NCBI GenBank assembly: GCA_004524535.1 | Contig: SDNY01000040.1 | Span: 1-29,138 of the forward strand | Direction of reading: 5' to 3' | Source of the DNA: Promethearchaeota archaeon | Lineage (GTDB): Archaea; Asgardarchaeota; Lokiarchaeia; Sigyniarchaeales; SOKP01 | Length of the DNA stretch: 29,138 nt | Shown: positions 1-8,162 of the stretch, one piece after another | Layout of the letters: each line of letters starts with the position of its first letter | Numbering within the stretch: position 1 is the stretch's first letter | The notes under the pieces: generated by a model | What the model was told of the DNA's origin: nothing | The model's input: only the letters and a program-made list of their open reading frames with translations | The model's database searches: none | Position numbers and translations under genes: made by a program

Positions 1-1767
1 TCTACCAAACGATTTAAGCAAAAAACTTAAATCTTCAAAAAATAATTATTATTCATGGATAAAAACCAAGAAGATAAGCTAGAAGTTGAAATACGAGAGC
101 ATTCGGACGCCGATTTTTACCCCGAAAACTGTCCCTCATGTGGTTGTAAAGAAATTAATCGCAAAACGTACAAAATAAGGACAATTCAAGATCTTGGTAC
201 GCCAATGATCTGTAGGAGGATAAGATATGAGAAGGTGACATTTATATGCGCGAAATGTAAAAAAACATTCACGATCAGGCATCCATTAATACCGCCCCGC
301 ACATCATTCATGCCAGGAGTAATAAAATATGCGATCAGGGAAAACGGGGCGAATTAAAGGTCGATTTTTCTGACGAAGTCCCTCCTGAAGATTTTTCGGG
401 ATTTATTTCTATTGACGGAATGTTTAAAGCGGCGACTACAAAAAAAAACGATCCCAAGACAAGCAAGAAAAAGGAGCAACCAAAGTAGATAAGAAAGGAA
501 TCCTCGTGGCAAACGACCGAGTCACAAAAAAGAACCTTGCCGGTGCTATAGTTAAAAGCGAAAACGAAGATGATACGGCATTTTTCGTTGAAAAATTAAT
601 AGAATGGTTAGGGTCTATTAATTACGTTACTATTGACTTTTCAGACCGCTTAGAAGCCGGTGTGAGACAATTTTTTGCCGAAGAGCAAATTCTTAAATGT
701 GCTTTCCATGCAGCTCAACTTTTAAACAGAGGGTTGCTAAAAGAGCTAACGAGGCTTAAAAACGAGAAATATCAACATGAAATTAAGGAATTAGCATTCT
801 TAGGACACTTCTCTTTAGAAATTGAAGCGAAAGACGGGATTTTGAACTCAAAAGAATTGAAATTTGCCGGTTCTAAACAAGCTTGGCAGGTCTACTTGAA
901 GCTCCGCTCTATTTTTTCAATTACCAACCCCTCTAAGATACAAGCTGATCTCCTTGCGTATTTAAATAACTTATCCATTACTCCCTGGAAGGGTGCGAAT
1001 CTATTGAAAGAAAAATATTTATCCCTCTTACCGGCACGTGGTCTCACAGCCAAGAGTCTTGAGTCCTTTAAATTGAGAATTTATAGAGCATGGAGAGCAA
1101 TAATCCGTTCGTTTCGTAAGAATTTAGAAGACTTAAAATCTGGATTTCAAGACGCTAAATATTTAGTTTTAATGAACCCGTTAAACATGGATAAATACCA
1201 GAAACGAGCATTACGAAAAGCGTTAAAAAAATTCCCGTGGCTTCGGGCAATCCGAAGGATAATGACGAAATTTTATTATCAGTTTCGTCTTTCCCCATCA
1301 AAAAGAAGTTCTTTAACATTTTTATTGGCATTAGTGACTGAAAATTGCCATTCTTGGCTTAAAAGTGCCGTAAATACGCTAATTAAGTGTGAGGATCAAA
1401 TCTTTCGCTTCCAAGTGTTGATTGAGCAAAATCCCGCATTAAAAGAGTTTAAAGCAATAAGAGTAGTCGATGAGGCCACCATGAGAAAGATCAATAAGCT
1501 GTACCAGACGCAATTCGGGATGCGAACAGTTGAAACTCTTGATATGAGACTGAAACATTATCTGGAGTGCCCTTTCATCATAGCTCCAAGTGTTTTGGAA
1601 GAGTTAAAAAATTAGCTATTATTCAAAGATCATACTCATTAAAAAAAAGAAATTTAATAAAATTTTTTTTATATTTTTTTTATTTTATTATCACTTATCT
1701 TAATTTACTCTGATTTTCCCCTAAAGATAAATTCAGAGTTTTACCGATTTCTTCTTACGGAAAGTCC
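1..1767 (+). mobile_element. ISL3-like insertion sequence, left end probably outside the window
   Basis: Transposase above. The candidate right end ...CTTACGGAAAGTCC at 1767 reads GG-first on the reverse strand, as ISL3 ends typically do, but no partner inverted repeat is visible in the window. Confidence 0.4.
55..1615 (+). pseudogene. ISL3-family-like DDE transposase split across three frames (probable internal deletion plus a -1 slippery site)
   Basis: 55-357 encodes a zf-ISL3-like zinc finger (CPSCG..RTIQDL..CAKC). A second frame (~336-488) reads GKRGELKVDFSDEVPPEDFSGFISIDGMF, carrying the first DDE Asp. The A9C run at 440-449 leads in the -1 frame into the 506-1615 ORF, which has the ISL3-like motif VTIDFS...KCAFHAAQLLN. 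Confidence 0.75.
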
Positions 1768-1783
1768 GGATTGAATATATTAT

Positions 1784-2260
1784 TTGAAAAAATTATTTCT
1801 TGATAAAGCATTTACCCCATTAATTTCAATTTTCAATGTTTCAAAGAATTTTAGGGTATTAAGGATATTAAAGGATTTTCTTATCTCATTGAATATATCA
1901 CACAATAAATCTATTGAGATTCTTAATTCTTACATTGATAGAATTCATATATCAATTGAAGCAAGACTTCAAAAAAAGATAAACATTGATAAATGGAATT
2001 ATGGAAATTATAAAACAAACAATTACGCAGGGCACACCCAAGCCATTCGAATTGGAGATTTAACCCTATACTTTAGTTATAAAACGGTTATAGCATTTTC
2101 TAATTATAAGTATGGATTCGTTATAAGTGAAAACATATGGTCTATGACAACGGGAAAGCATTTGAATTGGTTAGACTCTGATAAGAAAAGACGGATTCCC
2201 CATAAGGAATTTCAAAAGTTATTAAACAATGTGTTAGGCTCATATAACTTAATTTTATAA
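1784..2260 (+). CDS. Hypothetical protein with a phage/MGE-type domain (YFSYxTxIAF ... WSxTTGKHLNW)
   Basis: ORF followed directly by T-tracts. The C-terminal half has the SYxT / SxTTxKH pattern I recall from small phage proteins of unknown function. The TTG start is uncertain. Confidence 0.6.
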   Translation: MKKLFLDKAFTPLISIFNVSKNFRVLRILKDFLISLNISHNKSIEILNSYIDRIHISIEARLQKKINIDKWNYGNYKTNNYAGHTQAIRIGDLTLYFSYKTVIAFSNYKYGFVISENIWSMTTGKHLNWLDSDKKRRIPHKEFQKLLNNVLGSYNLIL

Positions 2261-2280
2261 TTTTTTTTAATTTTTTTTTT
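2261..2280 (+). terminator. Oligo-T archaeal-type terminator
   Basis: T8-AA-T10 immediately after the stop codon at 2260. Confidence 0.5.
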
Positions 2281-2347
2281 CATATTATGTTTATGTTTAA
2301 GGTTTTTTACCATAAATTTCTTTGGAAATGCTTCATTACTAGACCTC

Positions 2348-2548
2348 AGTTATTGTGGGACACTCAAGTCATTATTTTTTTTTAGTCCTCTGTCGAAGCA
2401 GAAGAGACTTTGAAATAAAATTGGCAGGATGGCAATGAGTTGAAAACCCTCCCATCTCATAGACTATTAGGCAACCGTATTAACGGGAAGCCTTTAAATT
2501 AAACTTGGGTATGACCCAGAGAAGCCGTCTAGTGCTCTCACAATAACT
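2348..2548 (+). ncRNA. Candidate IS110 bridge/seek RNA
   Basis: Perfect 10-bp basal helix AGTTATTGTG (2348-2357)/CACAATAACT (2539-2548), extendable to 17 bp with one bulge. It encloses helices 2384-2409, 2428-2456, 2461-2464/2527-2530, 2469-2493 and 2506-2518, directly upstream of an IS110 recombinase. Confidence 0.6.
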
Positions 2549-2578
2549 CTTATGAAATAAATAAGGTGACTAAATGCA

Positions 2579-4084
2579 ATGGCTTCGGAGGGTAAGGTTG
2601 TATCATCTTTAGCGGAAGCTATTACATTTAGACCCGAAGGTGAGTATAAAATGGAATTGGTAGAATTTAAAGTTGATGTTGATTGGAGAACACACCCGTT
2701 TTTTTGCGGGTTAGATGTTCACAAGCATGAGCTCGCCGTTACGATTTGTACGGCAGAGTATAGAGACGCCAAAGTTGTAAGTCGATCTATTTTTTCTGTG
2801 AATTCAGAGGGTTTAGAACAATTTTGGAATTATGTTAAGAAATATCAGCCTGCCGGCTTCGCAATGGAAGCCACAGGAATCTTTCACCATTGGATACACA
2901 AATTTTTAATGCAAAAATTAACTACGGTGGACTGGCATGCTGAGATGATTATCACTAATCCATCAGATGCGCATAGTCTTCCTGGAAGACCAAAAGATGA
3001 TAAAATAGATTCAGAAAGCTTAGCGAAGTATTTAGCAAAAGGAATGCTTAGATGTGGAAAACCAATTATTGAGGTTCAGGAAGATTTAAAAGCTATTTTT
3101 CGGATGATCCTTCGTATCGAAAAAGATAGAACTGCTCTTAAAAATCGAATAATAAAGACCCTTGACCGAGCGGGCATTCGACCAAAAAGAATGTCTCTAA
3201 ATATGAACTGGGTGTGTCGTTTTTTGTATTACTTCACCCATTTTCAAGGCACTTTGGGAGCATTCTTAGATGAAATCTTTACCGACGGACATCCTTTAGA
3301 GCCTCAACACACCGTTATTAAGAAAAATATCGGACGATTTCAGCCATTTTCTCCAATCGCTCTGACTCATATTCAAAGAACTCTTATTCGTCAAGATTTA
3401 ATCGAATTAGATTTTAAAACTGGTCGAAAAGATACCCTTACCATCGAGATTGGTCACATTATAGAACAATATCCTCATCTCAGGCATCATGCGTCTAATT
3501 TAGCTTCGATACCTGGATTGTCAAAAGTTAAGGCGGTATGGATCTTAGCAGAAATTGGTTCCCTTAAACAGTACCCTACTTCCCGTAAATTTGCTGCATA
3601 TTGCGGATGCTGTCCACGAATAGTTTCTTCTGCGGGAAAAGTCTATTCTGCCCATACTATGCGGCATTCTAATAAATATCTACGGACCATTTTTTATAAT
3701 GCTGCGATAGTCATCTGCAATTTGTTAAAACAAGATTCAGAGTTAAAAAGATATGCTACACGCACCATTCAGCGAAAAGGAAGGACTGCTTTCAAGTTAG
3801 CCGTTTGTACGGTAGCCACAAAGCTCACAAAAATAACATACGCAATACTTCGAGATGGGAAACCTTTCGATCCTGAGCATTCACAAAAACTTTTACATCC
3901 TTTAAAAAAGGACAATGAACAAGTATTTACGTTAGTAGAAAAGAAGATTATTAGACATGCTCGAAATGTACTCAAACGGGTATCACAGATGGAGAATACT
4001 CAAGATCTTGGAATCTTAGGAGAAGATCTCAGCATTGTCGCTGAGCATTTAGACTCTCTGCTCGAGGGAAAAAAAATTATATAG
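2579..4084 (+). CDS. IS110-family DEDD recombinase/transposase
   Basis: RuvC-like DEDD residues in GLDVHK, AMEATG and KDDKID. C-terminal Tnp domain SIPGL..ILAEIG..FAAYCGCCP..SSAGK with the catalytic Ser. GGTGA SD at 2565-2569. Confidence 0.95.
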   Translation: MASEGKVVSSLAEAITFRPEGEYKMELVEFKVDVDWRTHPFFCGLDVHKHELAVTICTAEYRDAKVVSRSIFSVNSEGLEQFWNYVKKYQPAGFAMEATGIFHHWIHKFLMQKLTTVDWHAEMIITNPSDAHSLPGRPKDDKIDSESLAKYLAKGMLRCGKPIIEVQEDLKAIFRMILRIEKDRTALKNRIIKTLDRAGIRPKRMSLNMNWVCRFLYYFTHFQGTLGAFLDEIFTDGHPLEPQHTVIKKNIGRFQPFSPIALTHIQRTLIRQDLIELDFKTGRKDTLTIEIGHIIEQYPHLRHHASNLASIPGLSKVKAVWILAEIGSLKQYPTSRKFAAYCGCCPRIVSSAGKVYSAHTMRHSNKYLRTIFYNAAIVICNLLKQDSELKRYATRTIQRKGRTAFKLAVCTVATKLTKITYAILRDGKPFDPEHSQKLLHPLKKDNEQVFTLVEKKIIRHARNVLKRVSQMENTQDLGILGEDLSIVAEHLDSLLEGKKII

Positions 4085-4332
4085 TCCGAAGCAATTTTTA
4101 ATTGCAAGGAGTTTTATTTTATTTTATTTTTTATTTAGGGTATTCTCATTTTTGTCGAATAAGAAGGTGATATTGCTATCACCCCCTCTTCTTGGAACCG
4201 TGCGTGCGAGTTTCCCCGCACACGGCTCGAGCCTCAAGAACCCGTATCACGTCATCGTGTTCCTTTGGTTCATATTTCTCATAATCCCCCCAAGATTCTC
4301 TAAGTTGCCTCAGAGATCTTTATAGGAAATGA

Positions 4333-5790
4333 TCACATTAGCATATTTCCACACCAAGATTTACCATACCGCTTCTCCCAGTACTCATGTAGTGTAGCAT
4401 CATACGGGCTATTATACCCCTTTACAGGTGTATATCTTACACCCGCTCTAAAAGACCGACTAAATAGCAATAAATTATCTCTCCGTTCTCCGAAAATCCA
4501 CTTTCTCTTTCCTATGTTCATAAAGTATCTACGTCTCACCCATTTATTCATTTTATCTGGATGTCTTCTCAGGCACCATCTCCACAGCATATTCCATATC
4601 CGATAATCTATGTAATTAAAAGTCTCCTTAGCAGTACTAAAACGGTAATAGTTAGCCCATCCTCTAATAACAGGATTCAACTCACTTACTAACTCATCTG
4701 CTTTTATTTGTTTATTATTAGAAATCACAGTTTTAATATGCTCCAAATGTCGTTTAATAGATTTCTTTGATGGTTTTGCTAAACAAACCCTTTTAGCTCT
4801 ACCATGATATTGCCGAATATGAAATCCAAGAAAATTAAATCCCTCATCTCGATGGACAATCTTCGTTTTAACTTCGTTCAACTCCATTCCCCTCTCCTTG
4901 AGAAAGGCTCGAAGTTTTGGAAGCACATACCTCACGATTTTCTCCCTTGATGGGGCAATTACTACGAAATCATCGGCATATCGAATCAAGCTCAATCCCT
5001 TATTCTCACCATACCTATTTGACGGACATGTATAATTTCCTTTGGAGTTTTCCGCCCCAAAGAGTCGTTCCATACCGTCCAATGCTATATTAGCAAGCAA
5101 CGGACTTATAATTCCCCCTTGGGGTGTACCTGATTTTGTCCGATAATACTTACCCAGTTCAATAATCCCTGTTTTAAGCCATTTCCTAATGGTTTCCCGA
5201 AAAACGGGAACCTTCTTCAGCAAGGCTTCATGATCAATATTATCAAAACATCCCGATATATCCGCATCTAAAATCCAAGCACTTCGCTTCTGCGTTCCTT
5301 GTATTTTAATTGTTGCCCAAATTTGCCAAATCGCATCCATACATCTACGTCCCGGTCTAAAACCATATGAGTGTGGTTCAAATTTCGCTTCCCATTCGGG
5401 TTCCAATACCATTTTCACGAGCATTTGCATGACTCGATCTTTAATCGTTGGAATACCCAAAGGTCGTTTATCCCCACTTCTCTTAGGAATATAGACACGC
5501 CTAAGCGGTTTACATTTATAATTAAATATATTGGTTTGACGGACATCTTCCACTAATTCGGCACGTGCCCTTGAAGTGGGATAAATCTGTCCATCAATTC
5601 CCGGCGTATATTTGCCTCTATTTTCCTGCGTGACTCTTTTAACCGCTAAAAGCCTCGCAAAATGTGATCCGACAAGGAGTTTTTGAAGGTTCCGTTCTTG
5701 AAGCCGTCTTACATGTCGCTTGGGTTTATCCCATTGGATACTATCCCACTCTACCACATGCCCTTTGGTCTGTTCAATGCTTTCACACAT
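4333..5790 (-). CDS. ltrA: Group II intron reverse transcriptase/maturase (En-minus), outer intron
   Basis: TPGIDG, RRVYIPK..RPLGIPT, SYGFRPGR, DADISGCFDNI, GTPQGGIISPLLAN, RYADD, FNFLG, maturase LNPVIRGWANYY. No HNH domain. Confidence 0.95.
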   Translation of the reverse strand: MCESIEQTKGHVVEWDSIQWDKPKRHVRRLQERNLQKLLVGSHFARLLAVKRVTQENRGKYTPGIDGQIYPTSRARAELVEDVRQTNIFNYKCKPLRRVYIPKRSGDKRPLGIPTIKDRVMQMLVKMVLEPEWEAKFEPHSYGFRPGRRCMDAIWQIWATIKIQGTQKRSAWILDADISGCFDNIDHEALLKKVPVFRETIRKWLKTGIIELGKYYRTKSGTPQGGIISPLLANIALDGMERLFGAENSKGNYTCPSNRYGENKGLSLIRYADDFVVIAPSREKIVRYVLPKLRAFLKERGMELNEVKTKIVHRDEGFNFLGFHIRQYHGRAKRVCLAKPSKKSIKRHLEHIKTVISNNKQIKADELVSELNPVIRGWANYYRFSTAKETFNYIDYRIWNMLWRWCLRRHPDKMNKWVRRRYFMNIGKRKWIFGERRDNLLLFSRSFRAGVRYTPVKGYNSPYDATLHEYWEKRYGKSWCGNMLM

Positions 5791-5856
5791 CGTCTAACTT
5801 CCCCTTCGGTTAAGATTTCTCAATACTTTTCTTTCGTTGAGACCTGCATAGGAAGT

Positions 5857-8162
5857 GTCGAGTAGGTCGGGAGCATTGCTGCCCCTTTCCCCTCTTGGAA
5901 CCACACGTACGGGTTTCCTCGTATGTGGCTCGAGCAGAGAGTTCCAATCGCGTCACCGCGTACCTTTTCACTGTTCCGTGTCACCACCTTCCAGCTAATC
6001 GGGTCAAACGATAAATTATAATAACTTAAATAGTGTACTTAGATGGTTATAACATCGCACATCTGATCTCCTCATATCTCCTTCTTTTCCAGAACTCTTT
6101 AACTTTCGGATCAGGATTTAAAGGGGACATATCACCAACTTTAAATTTATACTCCAATCTCTTGACATCTCTCGCTTTAGTCAATGTATATCCTGTCTTC
6201 GCGACCCGAAATGCCCACCTTCGATCTCCTGTTATCCTGTAATATCTATCGTATATCCAGCGCTTTCCTTTCCTGCCTTTATGTCTTCTTTCGCACCAGC
6301 GCCATACTAATCTCCACACCACGTCATCTACTCTTGAAAACGCTTGATAAGTATCAGAAAATCGATAATACATAGCCCAGCCCCGAATAATCGGATTGAG
6401 CAGAGCTATAAACTTTCCCTGTTCTAACTGCTTATTAGACCAGATGACTAATCTCATGTGGTCTAAAAATCTTTTGATTTTTTCTTTCTGCGGTTTAACA
6501 TATAATTTCTGTCTTGTCTGTTTTATCGTAAAGCCCAGGAAATTGAAACCCTGTCTTTTATCCGTTATTCTTGTCTTTTCCCTTTTCAGAGTTAAGCCCC
6601 TATCCTTCAAGAACTTCGCCATTCTTGGAATTATACGCCTCATTGCATCTCTCGTCCTTGTCATTACAATAAGATCATCCGCATATACTATAGGTAATCC
6701 GTCCGCTCCGAGTGTCTGTTGTAGCCCATGTAAAGCTATATTAGCTAAAATAGGGCTTACAGGACTTCCTTGGACAATTCCCTTAGTCGTCCTATGTTTC
6801 TTTCCGTTGTCAATAATTCCTGCTTTAAGGCATCGTTTAATGACTCTATGGAATATACCTAACTTATCCAAGATCGCATCCTGTTTTATATTATCAAAGA
6901 ATTTATGTATATCTGCGTCTAAAATAACCCTGTCTCCCTTAATTAATTCCGAATATATCATCTGTATTGCGTCTTGTGTACTCCTACCGGGTCTAAAACC
7001 CATAACACCGGGGTCTATCAGTGCCTCCCATTTTGCTGTAAGAGCAAAAGAGATAATCGTTGTCATCACCCTATCCTTAATAGTCATTATTCCTAAGGGT
7101 CGCAGTTCTGTTTTAATATTATTTCTCTTCTTGCGTCCACGTATTACTGCCCTCCAGTTCTCCTGCGCTTTAGGTATATATCGCCTTAGCACAGGTTGGA
7201 ATTTATACGTTCTATAGTCAAACTTTTCTTTACTTAACTCCATTTTATCTTTTGATGTTAAATAAACCTTTCCATCTATACCAGGAGTGATTCGTCCCTT
7301 ATTCCTCTGAGTAATTGTATAAATCGCGAGTAATTTCGCAGATTCAGACCTAACCAGAAGCTTCATGAGGTTATTCGCTCCCTTCTTATCGCCTTTCTTG
7401 GATGCTCTGTAGATCCTACCTTGAAGTCGCCTTACATTCCGTTCTAGCTGGGAGAAGTTAATCTTGCCCCACCAGTTTTCCTGCCTATAGATTTGTTCAA
7501 TTTTCATTGTCTAACATCCTCTTATAGTTAAGGTTTTCTTCATGGTGCTTTCTCAGTCTCCACCACCTTTGAAGTCAGCAGACTTTCGTCTCGGGGTATC
7601 CCTTCTATAAATTATTCTTTCATTATAGAAGCCCCTATCCAATCCATTACAGATTGGCATTCGCTTCCTCTTAGTTCCTATGCCCGCTAAACCTTCCCCC
7701 TCACTTACGCTCGGGATACCATTAATGGAAATCTCTCCATATATGGGGTTTATCGGGTTTACCATGTTTCGTATAATTGACTTTCAATAACCTCCTTAGG
7801 TACTCATTATCCCCCGACTGCGCTACGATTGGAAAGACATTGAGTGCAGACCAATGCCTACTGGCAGTATTGCTATTTTAGCAAGGCGTATCAATGCATT
7901 TCGCCTCCCCGAAATTACGAGGTTTATCATGAGTTCACTTCATTTACCATAGAGGTCTTGACTAGCCCTCGGCAGGAGTGCATTCTCCACCGTCGGTACA
8001 TTGTCCCCAACGCTTAGCACCTCACCGTTACCAGTGACGCACCCATGGGTAGCCACACTTATCCAATTTAAGGTTGATTTCTTGAGGACTTATCTATCGA
8101 TAAGCATACTATTTTAGTAATACTCAAGGTATCATATTCATTTATACGACTTCATGTCACAC
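5857..8162 (-). mobile_element. Group II intron (inner; IIB/CL-like), 2306 nt, inserted in domain I of the outer intron
   Basis: 5' end GTGTGACATGAAGTC at 8162. GAAGTC (8153-8148) pairs with GACTTC (7576-7571), closing DI. Domain V GAGCCACATACGAGGAAACCCGTACGTGTGGTTC (5931-5898), bulged A at 5863, 3' end ..CTCGAC at 5857. EBS1/EBS2 match the flanking sequence. Confidence 0.93.
6047..7507 (-). CDS. ltrA: Group II intron reverse transcriptase/maturase (En-minus), inner intron
   Basis: RRLQGRIYRA..TPGIDG N-terminal extension, GFRPGRS, DADIHKFFDNI, VQGSPVSPILAN, VYADD, FNFLG, LNPIIRGWAMYY. No HNH domain. Confidence 0.95.
   Translation of the reverse strand: MKIEQIYRQENWWGKINFSQLERNVRRLQGRIYRASKKGDKKGANNLMKLLVRSESAKLLAIYTITQRNKGRITPGIDGKVYLTSKDKMELSKEKFDYRTYKFQPVLRRYIPKAQENWRAVIRGRKKRNNIKTELRPLGIMTIKDRVMTTIISFALTAKWEALIDPGVMGFRPGRSTQDAIQMIYSELIKGDRVILDADIHKFFDNIKQDAILDKLGIFHRVIKRCLKAGIIDNGKKHRTTKGIVQGSPVSPILANIALHGLQQTLGADGLPIVYADDLIVMTRTRDAMRRIIPRMAKFLKDRGLTLKREKTRITDKRQGFNFLGFTIKQTRQKLYVKPQKEKIKRFLDHMRLVIWSNKQLEQGKFIALLNPIIRGWAMYYRFSDTYQAFSRVDDVVWRLVWRWCERRHKGRKGKRWIYDRYYRITGDRRWAFRVAKTGYTLTKARDVKRLEYKFKVGDMSPLNPDPKVKEFWKRRRYEEIRCAML

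Larger units (their letters stand above)
2281..4113 (+). mobile_element. IS110-family insertion sequence (boundaries tentative)
   Basis: IS110 recombinase plus structured upstream non-coding region, flanked on both sides by T-rich tracts. No terminal inverted repeats, as expected for IS110. Confidence 0.6.

Noticed and set aside
336-346. GGGAAAAC as a programmed frameshift site
   Set aside because: It is not phased as X_XXY_YYZ in the ORF1 frame, and the expected HTH is missing, so a deletion fits better.
1641-1680. AT-rich palindrome resembling 28946-28977
   Set aside because: Low complexity; expected by chance or as generic terminators.
2412-2422. 11-nt complementarity of the IS110 ncRNA arm to 8819-8829, which would put the twintron inside the IS
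   Set aside because: Nearly pure A/T match; an equally plausible match lies right after the transposase, and it cannot be resolved without an empty allele.
4229-4332. Remnant HNH endonuclease coding sequence after the outer RT stop
   Set aside because: All three minus frames hit stops quickly and show no HNH or Cys motifs.
6396-7217. 273-aa plus-strand ORF
   Set aside because: Antisense shadow of the inner intron RT with no recognisable motifs.
4333-7507. Two adjacent RTs as a retron, DGR, defence or CRISPR-associated RT system
   Set aside because: Each RT has a maturase domain and its own complete group II intron RNA. No TR/VR pair, msr-msd or Cas genes are present.
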